Shown here: one piece after another, positions 11,070-21,300 of the stretch
How positions within the stretch are numbered: position 1 is the first letter of the stretch
Layout: every line of letters starts with the position of its first letter
From: an uncultured Bacteroidales bacterium
GTDB lineage: Bacteria; Bacteroidota; Bacteroidia; Bacteroidales; UBA932
Assembly: GCA_944326315.1 (NCBI GenBank)
Contig: CALVDP010000003.1
Coordinates: 3,842 to 67,841, forward strand
Direction of reading: 5' to 3'
DNA length: 64,000 nucleotides
Made by a program: the position numbers and the translations under genes
Notes under the pieces: model-generated
What the model was told of the DNA's origin: nothing
Seen by the model: only the letters and a program-made list of their open reading frames with translations
The model's database searches: none

Positions 11070-11206
11070 ATTTTCCAAATTATTGATTTCTCTGCAATAG
11101 CTGACGTCCTCCTTCTTTCCACACATTCCGGCGGGACTGCCAGGTTCCGGAACTGACGGTAAGCAGAAAAATCAAATTATATGCCATGATTAATGCAAGT
11201 TTTTTG

Positions 11207-11214
11207 TATATTTG
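11207..11214 (+). promoter_or_regulatory. Bacteroidetes -7 promoter box, probably for the dnaN operon
   Basis: TATATTTG matches TAnnTTTG; no other such box seen before the dnaN ATG. Confidence 0.55.
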
Positions 11215-11223
11215 CTTAATGTA

Positions 11224-11365
11224 AAGTGAATTCGATGAAATGAATGGAATGAATTTCAGAGAATTACCTCTATAGAGGACGAAGTCCGATGTAAGTTCTC
11301 CCTTACGCAGGGAAGAATTTAAGAGGGATGACACGGAAATGGATAAAGAGATTTCGAAGAAATCG
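11224..11365 (-). mobile_element. MITE-like element copy C (truncated, reverse orientation)
   Basis: Near-identical to reverse complement of 54421-54560; lacks the 55-bp left terminal hairpin and a matching target duplication. Confidence 0.8.
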
Positions 11366-11428
11366 CAATTCAGACCCCGTGACACGACATGCCATTTTAC
11401 ACGGATTTTAACAAATTTATCTTATTAT

Positions 11429-12547
11429 ATGAAACTGGTTATTTCTAGTTCGGAATTATTGAAAGGGATAATGACTGTCGCCAAGGCTATTCCGGCCAAA
11501 TCAGCGCTCCCGATCCTTGAAAACTTCCTTTTCGACCTGAAAGGGAACACCCTTGAGATCACGGCATCTGACTCCGAGCTCACAATGAGGACAAGTATCG
11601 AAGTCGACAACGCTGAGGAAGAAGGGCAGATAGCCATCCCGGCGAAGCATCTGATGGACCTTCTGAAAGAGCTTCCGGACCAGCCGCTTTCCATAAGGAC
11701 AGTGAGCGATACGTCTTTCGAGTTCAGCTGGGCGAACGGAGCTTCCACCCTTCCGTATTTTCCGGCAGGTGACTATCCTCCGTTCACTGACATGGAGGAA
11801 AGCGCAGTGACCCTGGACTTCCCTGCACAAGGCCTGATGGAGGGCATAGCATCTACAATATACGCCACGGCAGACGATGAGATACGGCCGACCATGAACG
11901 GAATATATTTCGACATAGATACGGAATCGACTACATTGGTGGCTTCAGACGCCCACAAGTTGGTGTGCTATACGACCAAGGATGTCAAGGCCTCCGAGAA
12001 AGCGTCATTCATTCTTCACAAGAAGCCGGCCGCCATACTGAGAAGCATCATAGGCAAGAATACGGAAAACGTGAGCATTGCCTTCGATTCGAAGAACGCG
12101 ATGTTCAGGTTCGACGACACAGTCGTGGTCTGCCGCCTTGTAATAGGGAAATATCCGAGATACAGGGATGTGATACCTCAGAACAACAGCAACATCATGA
12201 AGATCGACAGGCTCCAGCTCCTGAACTCCGTCCGCAGGGTATCGGTGTGTGCGAACAAGGGGTCGAACCACATCAAGTTCAACCTGAGTGCGAACTCGCT
12301 GGAGATTACGGCCCAGGATCTCGGCTTCTCGCTTGCGGCATACGAGAAAGTGCCTTGCGAATACGACGGCGACGAGCTCAGCATCGGCTTCAAGTCCACT
12401 TTCCTGATCGAGATACTTGGCAACATCGACTGCAACGAGGTGGTGCTCAAGTTCGCGGACGGGACAAGACCTGCAGTCATCGTTCCTTCCGAAGAAGAAG
12501 AGCAGAGCGAGAAGATATGTGGAATCCTCATGCCTAGCATTGCCTGA
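11429..12547 (+). CDS. dnaN: DNA polymerase III beta sliding clamp
   Basis: PILENFLF, ASDAHKL, GKYPRYRDVIP, IGFKSTFLIEIL; start set at MKLVISS. Confidence 0.95.
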   Translation: MKLVISSSELLKGIMTVAKAIPAKSALPILENFLFDLKGNTLEITASDSELTMRTSIEVDNAEEEGQIAIPAKHLMDLLKELPDQPLSIRTVSDTSFEFSWANGASTLPYFPAGDYPPFTDMEESAVTLDFPAQGLMEGIASTIYATADDEIRPTMNGIYFDIDTESTTLVASDAHKLVCYTTKDVKASEKASFILHKKPAAILRSIIGKNTENVSIAFDSKNAMFRFDDTVVVCRLVIGKYPRYRDVIPQNNSNIMKIDRLQLLNSVRRVSVCANKGSNHIKFNLSANSLEITAQDLGFSLAAYEKVPCEYDGDELSIGFKSTFLIEILGNIDCNEVVLKFADGTRPAVIVPSEEEEQSEKICGILMPSIA

Positions 12548-12552
12548 CAGAT

Positions 12553-13464
12553 ATGGAACTGAATCTTGAAAGGCCGATACTCTTTTTCGACATAGAGAGT
12601 ACCGGTCTGAACATTGCGACCGATGCCATAATAGAGCTCAGCTTCGTAAAGATACTCCCTGGTAACGAAACAAGGGTGAAAACATGGAGAGTGAGGCCAT
12701 GGGACTATGTCGGAGAATGCCAGAGGAAAGTAAATCCGAGCGCATACGAAATACACAAGATAAGCGACGAAGAACTTGCCGGAGAGAAAAGATTCTTCGA
12801 AATATGCGATGAAGTGGAAGAATGGCTGGACGGGTGCGACCTGGCCGGTTTCAATTCAAACAAGTTCGACCTCCCGATGCTAGCGGAAGAACTGGAAAGG
12901 GTGAGAAAATACAGGCACAAGGCCATCCGCACGGATCTGCACAAGATGAGAATGGTGGACGTGCAGAATATCTATCACCAGCTGGAGCCGAGGAACCTCA
13001 AGGCGGCCTACAAGTTCTACTGCGGAAAGGAACTGGAGAACGCACATGCCGCGGAAGCTGATACAATGGCCACATACGAGGTCCTCAAGGCACAGCTTGA
13101 CAAGTATCCGGACCAGCTGAAGAATGATGTTGCCTTCCTGTCGAATTTCTCGGAAAGGCAGAAAATCGTGGACTATGCAGGACGGCTCGTATATAACGAC
13201 AAGAAGGAAGTCGTGATCAATTTCGGGAAACACCGGGGAAAGACCGCGCGGGAAGTGTACGAGACAGAACCGTCATATTTCAGCTGGATCGAGAACGGGG
13301 AATTCACCCTTGATACCAAGCAGCAGTTCAGCCAGCTCCGGCGTCAGTTCGAGGCCGAGAAGCAGGAAGCGAAGAAGGCAGCGATGAAGAAGCTGACTGA
13401 CAAGGAACTGGAGAAGTCTGTCGGCTCTCTGGCAGAAAAATGGGGATCAGGCAGACTCTTCTGA
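12553..13464 (+). CDS. DEDDh 3'-5' exonuclease (DnaQ/epsilon-like)
   Basis: FFDIESTG, GFNSNKFD, AHAAEAD; C-terminal FGKHRGK motif. Confidence 0.88.
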   Translation: MELNLERPILFFDIESTGLNIATDAIIELSFVKILPGNETRVKTWRVRPWDYVGECQRKVNPSAYEIHKISDEELAGEKRFFEICDEVEEWLDGCDLAGFNSNKFDLPMLAEELERVRKYRHKAIRTDLHKMRMVDVQNIYHQLEPRNLKAAYKFYCGKELENAHAAEADTMATYEVLKAQLDKYPDQLKNDVAFLSNFSERQKIVDYAGRLVYNDKKEVVINFGKHRGKTAREVYETEPSYFSWIENGEFTLDTKQQFSQLRRQFEAEKQEAKKAAMKKLTDKELEKSVGSLAEKWGSGRLF

Positions 13465-14033
13465 TGAATATTACTGTCAAGACATACGGTTCCGGGCTTC
13501 TATGCAGACCGGATACGACCTGGGAGAGGGAAAACAAGGATTTTTACTCTCCCGGTTTTGTGCAGGAGATAAGGTATGCTCCAGTGGTGTTCGCCAGGAT
13601 ATGCAAGGCAGGGAAATGCATTTCAGGCAAATTCGCTGCGAGATATTATGACGGACTTAATTTCGGCATGCTGCTCTACCCTGCATTCAAGGATGAACCA
13701 TGGAATACGGCGTCCTCGTCAATATTGGACCATACTTCATTCCTTCCATTCCCTCTGTACCAGCCTGTTGTCTTCGGGAGCAGCGGAAACGGCTTCCGCA
13801 TCATGAAAGACGGAATGCCGCTGTTCTGCACGGAGACCAGAGACGGATATTTCATCAGGCTTGTCGAAGAGTGCCTCACCGAAGCCTCTGCATACGTAAG
13901 CCAGAGGATAGGCGATCTTGTAGCAGTGGAACTTGCCGGACCGGAAAAGCTCATGGGGGAAGACGAAAAAAAAGCCGAAATCAGTGCTTTCTTCTGTGAA
14001 AACGAACTGTTCCGGCTTTCGATATTCAAGTGA
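13464..14033 (+). CDS. Divergent fumarylacetoacetate hydrolase-like protein
   Basis: TGATG overlap with exonuclease; RICKAGKCISGKFAARYYD resembles Bacteroidetes FAH-family proteins. Confidence 0.6.
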   Translation: MNITVKTYGSGLLCRPDTTWERENKDFYSPGFVQEIRYAPVVFARICKAGKCISGKFAARYYDGLNFGMLLYPAFKDEPWNTASSSILDHTSFLPFPLYQPVVFGSSGNGFRIMKDGMPLFCTETRDGYFIRLVEECLTEASAYVSQRIGDLVAVELAGPEKLMGEDEKKAEISAFFCENELFRLSIFK

Positions 14034-14105
14034 GCCACTCACGGGGATCGAACCCGCGACCTACGCGTTACGAATGCGTTGCTCTACCATCTGAGCTAAA
14101 GTGGC
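14033..14105 (-). tRNA. tRNA-Thr(CGT)
   Basis: GCCACTT/GAGTGGC acceptor stem, TAGCTCAGATGGTAGAGC D arm, loop TTCGTAA, GGTTCGATCCC T arm; CCA not encoded. Confidence 0.95.
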
Positions 14106-14151
14106 TTGCTTGTTCTCCCTTTCCTTCACGAAGTGTCCGGAAAAGGGATTG

Positions 14152-14182
14152 CAAAAATACTATATTTTTTTGATAATGCAAA
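14152..14182 (-). promoter_or_regulatory. Promoter of tRNA-Thr
   Basis: Minus-strand TTTG (14179-14182), 19-nt spacer, TATTTTTG (14152-14159). Confidence 0.75.
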
Positions 14183-14210
14183 GAATTTGCACAGAGTCTG
14201 TGTTTTTCCG

Positions 14211-15506
14211 ATGAATGCTGATATTGTAATAATAGGCTGCGGCGCGGCAGGGCTCATGGCCGCCACAGGTGCAGCAAAGACAGGAGCCGGAGTACTTGTC
14301 ATCGAGAAGATGCCGCGTCCCGGAAGGAAAATCATGATAAGCGGGAAAGGCAGATGCAATATCACCAATCTCAAGGACTGGAACAGTTTCTCACAGCATA
14401 TACACCCGAAGGCGAATTTCCTGAAACCGGCATTCTACAATTTGCCGCCGGAAGAGACCATACGCTTCCTGAATGACAACGGGCTTGAAACCGTAGTCGA
14501 GCGTGGAGACCGCGTGTTTCCGGCCTCATACAAGGCTTCGGATGTCGTGGATACGCTGGTGAAGGCCATGAGGCAGGCGGGTGCAAGGCTTATGCCCGGA
14601 ACTGAGACAGCGGACATCTGCAAGTCAGGGGACGGCTTCACGATAAGTCTGGCTGACGGAAAGACAATTGCCGCAAGGAAACTGATCCTGGCTACCGGAG
14701 GGCTCTCCTATCCGGGTACAGGGTCCACCGGCGACGGATACAGGTGGGCGGAAGCGCTGGGACATAAGATAAACAGATGTTTCCCTTCACTGACAGCCCT
14801 TGTCCCCTGCGGATACAAGGCCATACCGGAAAAGGCTCCGGGGAAAGGACATATTGACAGATCCTTGCCGCTTTCAGACCTTGGGAAATCCCTCATGGGA
14901 AACCAGCTCAAGAATGTGACTCTGACAGTGAGTATTGACGGGAACGTAGTCGCGGAAGAATTCGGGGACATCGACTTTACTGACGGCGGGATAGAAGGTC
15001 CTGCAGGCTTCAAGGTAAGCCGGCGCTGCGTGAATGCGCTCTGCAACGGGTCCAAGGTGAAGTTCTCCATTGACCTGAAACCGGCTGTAGCGATGGAAAG
15101 CCTGGCAAAGAGAGTGGAAACCCTGTGGAATGAAATAGCCGGAGACAGACGGAGCAGAGGGAAAAGCGAAAAGGACATGTTCCGGATATTGCTCGGCAAG
15201 CTGCTTCCGATGTCGGTTACTGAAGGCTTCGTGAAGACATGTCCCGGAATGGATACCAGATCATTGTGCAGGAATCTCAAGAACTGGGAATTCAGGATCT
15301 GCGGATATGTCGGATACGAGCGCTGCGTAGTCACTGCAGGAGGAGTGTCCACAGACGAAATCTCTCCGAAGACAATGGAATCCAAAATTGTTCCCGGTCT
15401 CTACTTCGCCGGGGAGATAATGGACCTGGACGGTGATACCGGTGGATATAATCTCCAGACGGCGTTCTCTACAGGAATGCTTGCCGGGATGTCCGCAGCT
15501 AAATGA
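14211..15506 (+). CDS. HI0933/BaiN (YhiN-like) flavoprotein
   Basis: IIGCGAAGLMAA, GRKIMISGKGRCNITN, VTAGGVS, TGGYNLQTAFSTG. Confidence 0.9.
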   Translation: MNADIVIIGCGAAGLMAATGAAKTGAGVLVIEKMPRPGRKIMISGKGRCNITNLKDWNSFSQHIHPKANFLKPAFYNLPPEETIRFLNDNGLETVVERGDRVFPASYKASDVVDTLVKAMRQAGARLMPGTETADICKSGDGFTISLADGKTIAARKLILATGGLSYPGTGSTGDGYRWAEALGHKINRCFPSLTALVPCGYKAIPEKAPGKGHIDRSLPLSDLGKSLMGNQLKNVTLTVSIDGNVVAEEFGDIDFTDGGIEGPAGFKVSRRCVNALCNGSKVKFSIDLKPAVAMESLAKRVETLWNEIAGDRRSRGKSEKDMFRILLGKLLPMSVTEGFVKTCPGMDTRSLCRNLKNWEFRICGYVGYERCVVTAGGVSTDEISPKTMESKIVPGLYFAGEIMDLDGDTGGYNLQTAFSTGMLAGMSAAK

Positions 15507-16935
15507 CACCGGACCCTATCATCTCATCATTGTCATACCATACAGCGAACTGACCCGGGGAGACACCGCGCTGAGGCTCGTCGAAGAGTATGAAAAGTCC
15601 GTTGCGTCTCATGATGAGAGTGGCATCCTGAAGCGGCTGGCGGTAACGTATCCTCACCCTATACCTTCGGATCTCGCCCTCCTGCATGCAAAGGTCCTCC
15701 CTTATCCAGTGCAGGTCTTCCTGCAGGATACGTACGCAGCTTCTTGAAAGCCCCTTATGCGTATGCCCCTCCCCTACGTAAATCGTATTCGACTGTATAT
15801 CTGTCGCTATGACGAAAATGCTGTCCTTGTGGCCTCCGATGTTGAGCCCCTTCCTCTGTCCGATGGTATAGAACTGCGCACCATCATGTTTCCCGATAAT
15901 CCTGCCGTACGGATTATCCTTGTACCTTGTTTTCCTGACATGCTTTCGTCCGGAGCGGTAAGTCTCTGTCTCGAACTGTATGTCATAGGACACAGGCTCA
16001 GACAGGAGCCGGAGAGTCTCATCGGAAAGACCGGAAAGCTTGCATCTGTCGAAAGGTCCGTCACCGGAGCAGCCTCCTTCACGGGACGGGTCGCCCATGA
16101 CGGTTCTCTCATGGACAGCGTCATTGACCTTCAGGGATCTGGTTTCCGATATGTACGAAGTGACCATCTCCACCGGTGTGTCAGCACCGTCCTTGCGAAG
16201 GCCGCCAAGAGTCTGTTCCAGAAAGCGGTAATGCGCATTGTCATGGAAATAGGCGTCAAAGACTTCCACGACATCGCCCTCGGCCGGCTTGAGCTTCTGC
16301 TGGAGGAAGACCGGCAGGTCCACCTTGCCTACGAAACATATCCCCTGGGAATCCTTCTTGTCTGCAGAAGGCAGATCCGCTTCCGCCGCAATCCTGCGCA
16401 CCTCAGGCTTCTTCAAGTCTCCTATCGGGAAAAGCGCACGCGAAAGCTGACTCTGGGACAGCTGGCACAGGAAATAACTCTGGTCCTTGTCCGGATCCAA
16501 GCCTGCAAGAAGCCTGTATACCGGCATGCCGTCCGCGCCCTGTATCTCGTCTTTCCTGCAATAATGTCCTGTCGCCACATATTCGGCGCCAAGCCTGGCG
16601 GCACACTTCATGAAAGCATCGAACTTGATCTCACGGTTGCACAGCACATCCGGATTCGGTGTCCTTCCCTTCGAGTACTCATCGAACATATAGTCTACCA
16701 CGCGCTTGCGGTATTCTTCGCTGAGATCGACGAAATAGAACGGTATGCCAATCTTCCGGGCGACCATTTCCGCGACAAAACGGTCCTCTTCCCATTCGCA
16801 CTCCCCGTGCAACGTCCCTTCTGTATCATGCCAGTTCTGCATGAACAGTGCGAACACATCATAACCGGCCCTTTTGAGAAGAAGGGCGGCGACGCTGGAA
16901 TCGACTCCACCGGACAGACCGATGCATACTTTCAT
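15499..16935 (-). CDS. mnmA: tRNA 2-thiouridine(34) synthase with large internal insertion
   Basis: SGGVDS, NPDVLCN, KDQSYFL, DSQGICF, TIGQRKGL, PGQFAVWY. Confidence 0.95.
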   Translation of the reverse strand: MKVCIGLSGGVDSSVAALLLKRAGYDVFALFMQNWHDTEGTLHGECEWEEDRFVAEMVARKIGIPFYFVDLSEEYRKRVVDYMFDEYSKGRTPNPDVLCNREIKFDAFMKCAARLGAEYVATGHYCRKDEIQGADGMPVYRLLAGLDPDKDQSYFLCQLSQSQLSRALFPIGDLKKPEVRRIAAEADLPSADKKDSQGICFVGKVDLPVFLQQKLKPAEGDVVEVFDAYFHDNAHYRFLEQTLGGLRKDGADTPVEMVTSYISETRSLKVNDAVHERTVMGDPSREGGCSGDGPFDRCKLSGLSDETLRLLSEPVSYDIQFETETYRSGRKHVRKTRYKDNPYGRIIGKHDGAQFYTIGQRKGLNIGGHKDSIFVIATDIQSNTIYVGEGHTHKGLSRSCVRILQEDLHWIREDLCMQEGEIRRYRVRIRYRQPLQDATLIMRRNGLFILFDEPQRGVSPGQFAVWYDNDEMIGSGVI

Positions 16936-17036
16936 ATTTACTGCCTTTTGTTGTGATTATTATTCAAAAAACGCCAAAATTACAAGCATTTATAAGAAAA
17001 ACAATGATTTATATTCACAATCATAAGCAATTTTCT

Positions 17037-17044
17037 TATATTTG
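17037..17044 (+). promoter_or_regulatory. -7 promoter box of cdd
   Basis: TATATTTG 7 nt before the ATG at 17052. Confidence 0.6.
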
Positions 17045-17051
17045 CCTTACT

Positions 17052-17525
17052 ATGGAACAGAAAGAACTCAATATCAGCTATAAGGAATACGGCAATGTTT
17101 CCGAACTCAGCCCTGAAGACAGGCTCCTGGTGGAACAGGCAGTGAAAGCCACCCTTAATTCCTATGCTCCATACTCACGATTCCACGTCGGTGCCGCTGT
17201 ACGGCTCTCAAACGGGGAAACGGTATCCGGAAGCAACCAGGAAAATATCGCCTACCCTTCCGGGCTGTGCGCCGAACGGACCGCCATGTTCTACGCCAGC
17301 TCCAGGTATCCGGAGGCGGCAATGGAGGCAATAGCGATAGCCGCATCCAAAGACGGAGAACTCTGCAGCATGCCGGCAACTCCATGCGGAGCATGCAGAC
17401 AGGTAATGGCCGAGTACCAGACCCGTTCCGGAAAGAATATGAAAATAATACTTGCCGGTTCAGACAAAATCATGGAATTCGACAAGGTGGACGATATCCT
17501 TCCGTTTATCTTCGACAGCCTGTAG
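17052..17525 (+). CDS. cdd: Cytidine deaminase
   Basis: YAPYSRFHVGAA, CAERTA, PCGACRQ. Confidence 0.93.
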   Translation: MEQKELNISYKEYGNVSELSPEDRLLVEQAVKATLNSYAPYSRFHVGAAVRLSNGETVSGSNQENIAYPSGLCAERTAMFYASSRYPEAAMEAIAIAASKDGELCSMPATPCGACRQVMAEYQTRSGKNMKIILAGSDKIMEFDKVDDILPFIFDSL

Positions 17526-17586
17526 ACGTTTCCCTCTACGGCCATACCTCCATATATGCAGCCTGAAGAACATTTCCTGAATATTT

Positions 17587-17617
17587 TTTGAAATCCAGGA
17601 AAAAAACATTACTTTTG
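17587..17617 (+). promoter_or_regulatory. Promoter of SRP RNA
   Basis: TTTG (17587-17590), 19-nt spacer, TACTTTTG (17610-17617). Confidence 0.8.
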
Positions 17618-17621
17618 CATC

Positions 17622-17717
17622 GGGTAAGTCATACACGACCAGCTCCTGCTGAATCCCCCAGGACCGGAAGGTAGCAAGGGTAGGCGGTTGTAGCGGTGCG
17701 ATGTATCAAGCTTACCC
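17622..17717 (+). ncRNA. ffs: Bacterial small SRP RNA (4.5S)
   Basis: Domain IV motif CAGGACCGGAAGGTAGCA; terminal helix GGGTAAG/CTTACCC followed by a T-run. Confidence 0.9.
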
Positions 17718-17731
17718 TTTTTTCGTTTATC

Positions 17732-18175
17732 TCAGGCCTTCTTCGGATTATCCTTTGCAGCCGCCTGATGCTCCGAAGCCTTTTCCGGCTGTTTCTTGAG
17801 CAATTCGGCCGCAGCCTTCTCATAATCCTGCTCTGAAATCATCTTGCACGTGCCGTTGAAAGAGGCGCCGAGCTCAACAATAAGACGGCGGACCTTGAGT
17901 TCACCATCCACGGAACAGTCGCTCTTGATGGACATGATGTCCTTGACTGTAAAGCATCCGTGAGCCTTGCCCCATACATCGGCATTCACACAGACAACGG
18001 TAGCATTCACTTCAGCGCTCTCCCCTATCACTACCTTTCCTTCGGAAATGATGCTGCCGTCGAACTTGCCGTCGATGCGCAAATCATTCGGAGAGACGAT
18101 CTCTCCCTTGAAATAAGTTCCTGCAGATATACGGCTGACTAGATTGACATTAGCAGCCTGTTCGATTTTGGCCAT
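17732..18175 (-). CDS. Bactofilin (polymer-forming cytoskeletal protein)
   Basis: ISAGTYFKGEI, LRIDGKFDGSI, VVIGESAEV beta-helix repeats. Confidence 0.85.
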   Translation of the reverse strand: MAKIEQAANVNLVSRISAGTYFKGEIVSPNDLRIDGKFDGSIISEGKVVIGESAEVNATVVCVNADVWGKAHGCFTVKDIMSIKSDCSVDGELKVRRLIVELGASFNGTCKMISEQDYEKAAAELLKKQPEKASEHQAAAKDNPKKA

Positions 18176-18210
18176 AATATTTGGTTTTCTTGTTGTCAGT
18201 AAACTTTATA

Positions 18211-18256
18211 CGTCAGAGGAATGGTCTCAAACGGACTTTTGATCCACCCTCTGACG
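18211..18256. repeat. Degenerate REP-like palindrome downstream of secA
   Basis: cgtcagagg ... cctctgacg arms with internal caaa/ttttg, like other GAGGGTG..CACCCTC palindromes here. Confidence 0.5.
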
Positions 18257-18331
18257 AAATCTTTTGTCGGATCTGCGTACACAGGCATGTCCCATACTGC
18301 CTCATCCCCGACGGTCTGTCGCCGTACCGTA

Positions 18332-21300
18332 TCAGGCGAGGTTCTTTCCGTGGCAGTTCTTGTATTTCTTGCCTGAACCGCACGGGCACGGATCGTTCCT
18401 GCCCACTGTCTTCTCCACATGCACCGGCATCCTGCTCTTCTGGTCAGGACCGTTAGTGACAAGATCTGTCCTGCTGGTCCTCATCTGGCTCATGTCAGGC
18501 TTGCGTTCCTGTGTAGGGGCCTTGACCTGCGTAGTGTCCCTGAGCGGAATGTGTGCCCTGAAAAGGAAGGACAGAATATCCTTGTTCAAGGATTCAAGCA
18601 TGGACTTGAACAGGTTGAAACTTTCGAACTTGTATATGAGAAGCGGATCCTTCTGCTCATAAGTGGCATTCTGTACAGACTGCTTGAGGTCGTCCATGTC
18701 ACGGAGATGCTCTTTCCAGTGCTCGTCAATCTGATAGAGAGTGATGGTCTTGCTCAGTGCGCGGGCTATCTCCCTGCCCTCTGTCTCGTATGCCTTCTTG
18801 AGATTTACGGAAAGGGTAAGCATCTTCCTGCCGTCTGAAATAGGGATGGCTATATTCTGGTATATGGCACCCTGCTTCTCGTACACTTCCTTGATAATAG
18901 GAGCCGACCTCTGAGCCATGGTGTCCATCCTGCGGTCATAGACCTCACGCATGTTCTGGTAGAGCCTTTCGGCAAGCTCCTTAGGTGTAGCCTTGTTGTA
19001 GAATGCCTCGTCGAAGCCTGCATCTATCGACATCAGCCTCATGACCTCTTCATTGAACGAGTTGAAATCATATCCCTGGCAGTTGTCCACAAGGATGTCG
19101 GCAGTGTCCTGCATCATGTTCATGACATCGATGTCCACCTTGTCACCCACAAGGGCATTCCTTCTCTTGGTATAGATGACTTCCCTCTGGGAGTTCATGA
19201 CATCGTCGTATTCAAGGAGCCTCTTTCTGATACCGAAGTTGTTCTCTTCGACCTTCTTCTGGGCTCTTTCGATGGACTTCGAGAGCATGGAGGATTCCAG
19301 AGCCTCATTGTCCTGCATTCCGAGCTTGTCCACCACGGCTGCGATACGCTCCGAGCCGAAAAGCCTCATGAGCTTGTCCTCAAGGGATACATAGAACATG
19401 GATGAACCAGGGTCACCCTGACGTCCGGCACGTCCGCGCAACTGTCTGTCGACACGGCGGCTGTCATGTCTCTCCGTACCTATGATGGCAAGACCGCCTG
19501 CCTTGCGCACTTCGTCCGAAAGCTTGATATCGGTACCTCGACCCGCCATGTTGGTAGCGATGGTCACCGTACTTGTCTGGCCGGCATGCGCCACGACCTC
19601 GGCCTCACGGGCGTGCTGCTTGGCGTTCAGGACCTGATGCTGGATACCTCTGAGCTTGAGCATCCTGCTCAAGAGCTCCGATGTCTCGACATCGGTGGTG
19701 CCGACCAGTACCGGCCGGCCCTCAGAGGTCAGCTCCTCTATCTTGTTTATCACAGCCTCGTACTTGGCCTTCTTGGTCTTGTATATCTGGTCATCATAGT
19801 CGATACGGGCTACCGGCCTGTTGGTCGGTATGACCACGACATCGAGCTTGTATATCGACCAGAACTCACCTGCCTCGGTCTCTGCAGTACCAGTCATTCC
19901 GGCAAGCTTGTGATACATACGGAAGTAATTCTGCAATGTAATCGTGGCGAATGTCTGCGTAGCCGCCTCGACCTTCACGTTCTCCTTGGCCTCCACAGCC
20001 TGGTGAAGCCCGTCACTCCAGCGGCGCCCCTCCATGATACGGCCGGTCTGCTCGTCGACAATCTTCACCTTGTTGTCCATAATCACATAGTCGATATCCT
20101 TCTCGAACATCGCATACGCCTTCAAAAGCTGGCTTACCGTATGGACACGCTCCGACTTGAGGGCATAGTCCGCCATGATCTCGTCTTTCCGTACACTCTT
20201 CTCCTCCGGGGTCAGGTCGCTCTTCTCCACATCAGCCACGGCGCTTCCCACATCAGGAAGTATGAAGAACTTGGGATCCGAAAGGGTGCTGCTGAGCAGG
20301 TCATGGCCGTTGTCCGTCATCTCCACGGAATGCTGTTTCTCGTTGATGACGAAGTACAGAGGATCTGTCACTATAGGCATCTCCCTCTCGTTGTCCTGGA
20401 TATAGTAGTTCTCAGTCTTCTGGAGAATCTGTTTGATACCCGGCTCGCTGAGATACTTGATAAGCGGCTTGTATTTTGGAAGTCCCTTGTATGCACGCAG
20501 GAGCAGCTTGCCGCCCTCCCTTTCATCGCCCGAAGCGATCAGTTTCTTGGCCTCGTTGAGAGTCGATGTCACCAGTGTCTTCTGATTGCTGTAGAGCTTC
20601 TCGACATAAGGCTTGAAATCCAGGAACTTCTGGTCATCGCCTTTTGGTACGGGACCGGATATGATAAGAGGCGTCCTCGCGTCGTCTATAAGGACGGAGT
20701 CAACCTCATCGACTATTGCATAATGATGCTTCCTCTGGACAAGATCCCTCAGCGAAACAGCCATGTTGTCTCTCAGGTAATCGAAGCCGAACTCGTTGTT
20801 CGTACCGAATGTGATGTCGCAGGCATAGGCCTTCTTCCTCGCCTCGCTGTTCGGCTGGTGCTTGTCTATGCAGTCTACGGACAGGCCGTGGAACATATAA
20901 AGCGGACCCATCCACTCCGAGTCTCGCTTTGAGAGGTAGTCGTTCACTGTGACTACATGCACTCCCTTGCCGGCCAATGCATTGAGAAATACCGGCAATG
21001 TCGCCACAAGGGTCTTTCCCTCACCGGTAGCCATCTCAGCGATCTTGCCTTGATGGAGTACGATACCGCCTATAAGCTGGACATCATAATGCACCATATC
21101 CCAGGTGACTTCGTTGCCGCCTGCCATCCAATGGTTCTGCCAGATGGCATCGTCACCTTCTATCCTCACAAAATCCTTGGTGGCACTCAGCTGTCTGTCG
21201 AAGTCCGTAGCCTTTACACGTATCTCAGGGTTCTCCTTGAATCTTCTGGCTGTAGACTTCATCACGGCAAATGCCTCCGGAAGTATCTCTTCAAGCACCT

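Noticed and set aside
11080-11385. ORFs 11080-11385 (-), 54285-54569 (+) and 27658-27846 (-) in the ORF track, the first two sharing a peptide
   Set aside because: They are read-throughs of the non-coding repeat, with frames and ends not preserved between copies; not a transposase.
14033-14105. tRNA-Thr or tRNA-Gln as integration sites
   Set aside because: No duplicated tRNA 3' ends, integrase or foreign-looking DNA nearby.
15907-16260. MnmA insertion as an intein
   Set aside because: No N-terminal Cys/Ser, no C-terminal His-Asn followed by a nucleophile, no LAGLIDADG motifs.
15757-16956. 399-aa antisense ORF over mnmA (similarly 35699-36550 over ffh)
   Set aside because: Shadow ORFs with no protein-like motifs.
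19466-20932. 488-aa antisense ORF inside secA
   Set aside because: Shadow ORF of a highly biased gene; no independent start signals or motifs.
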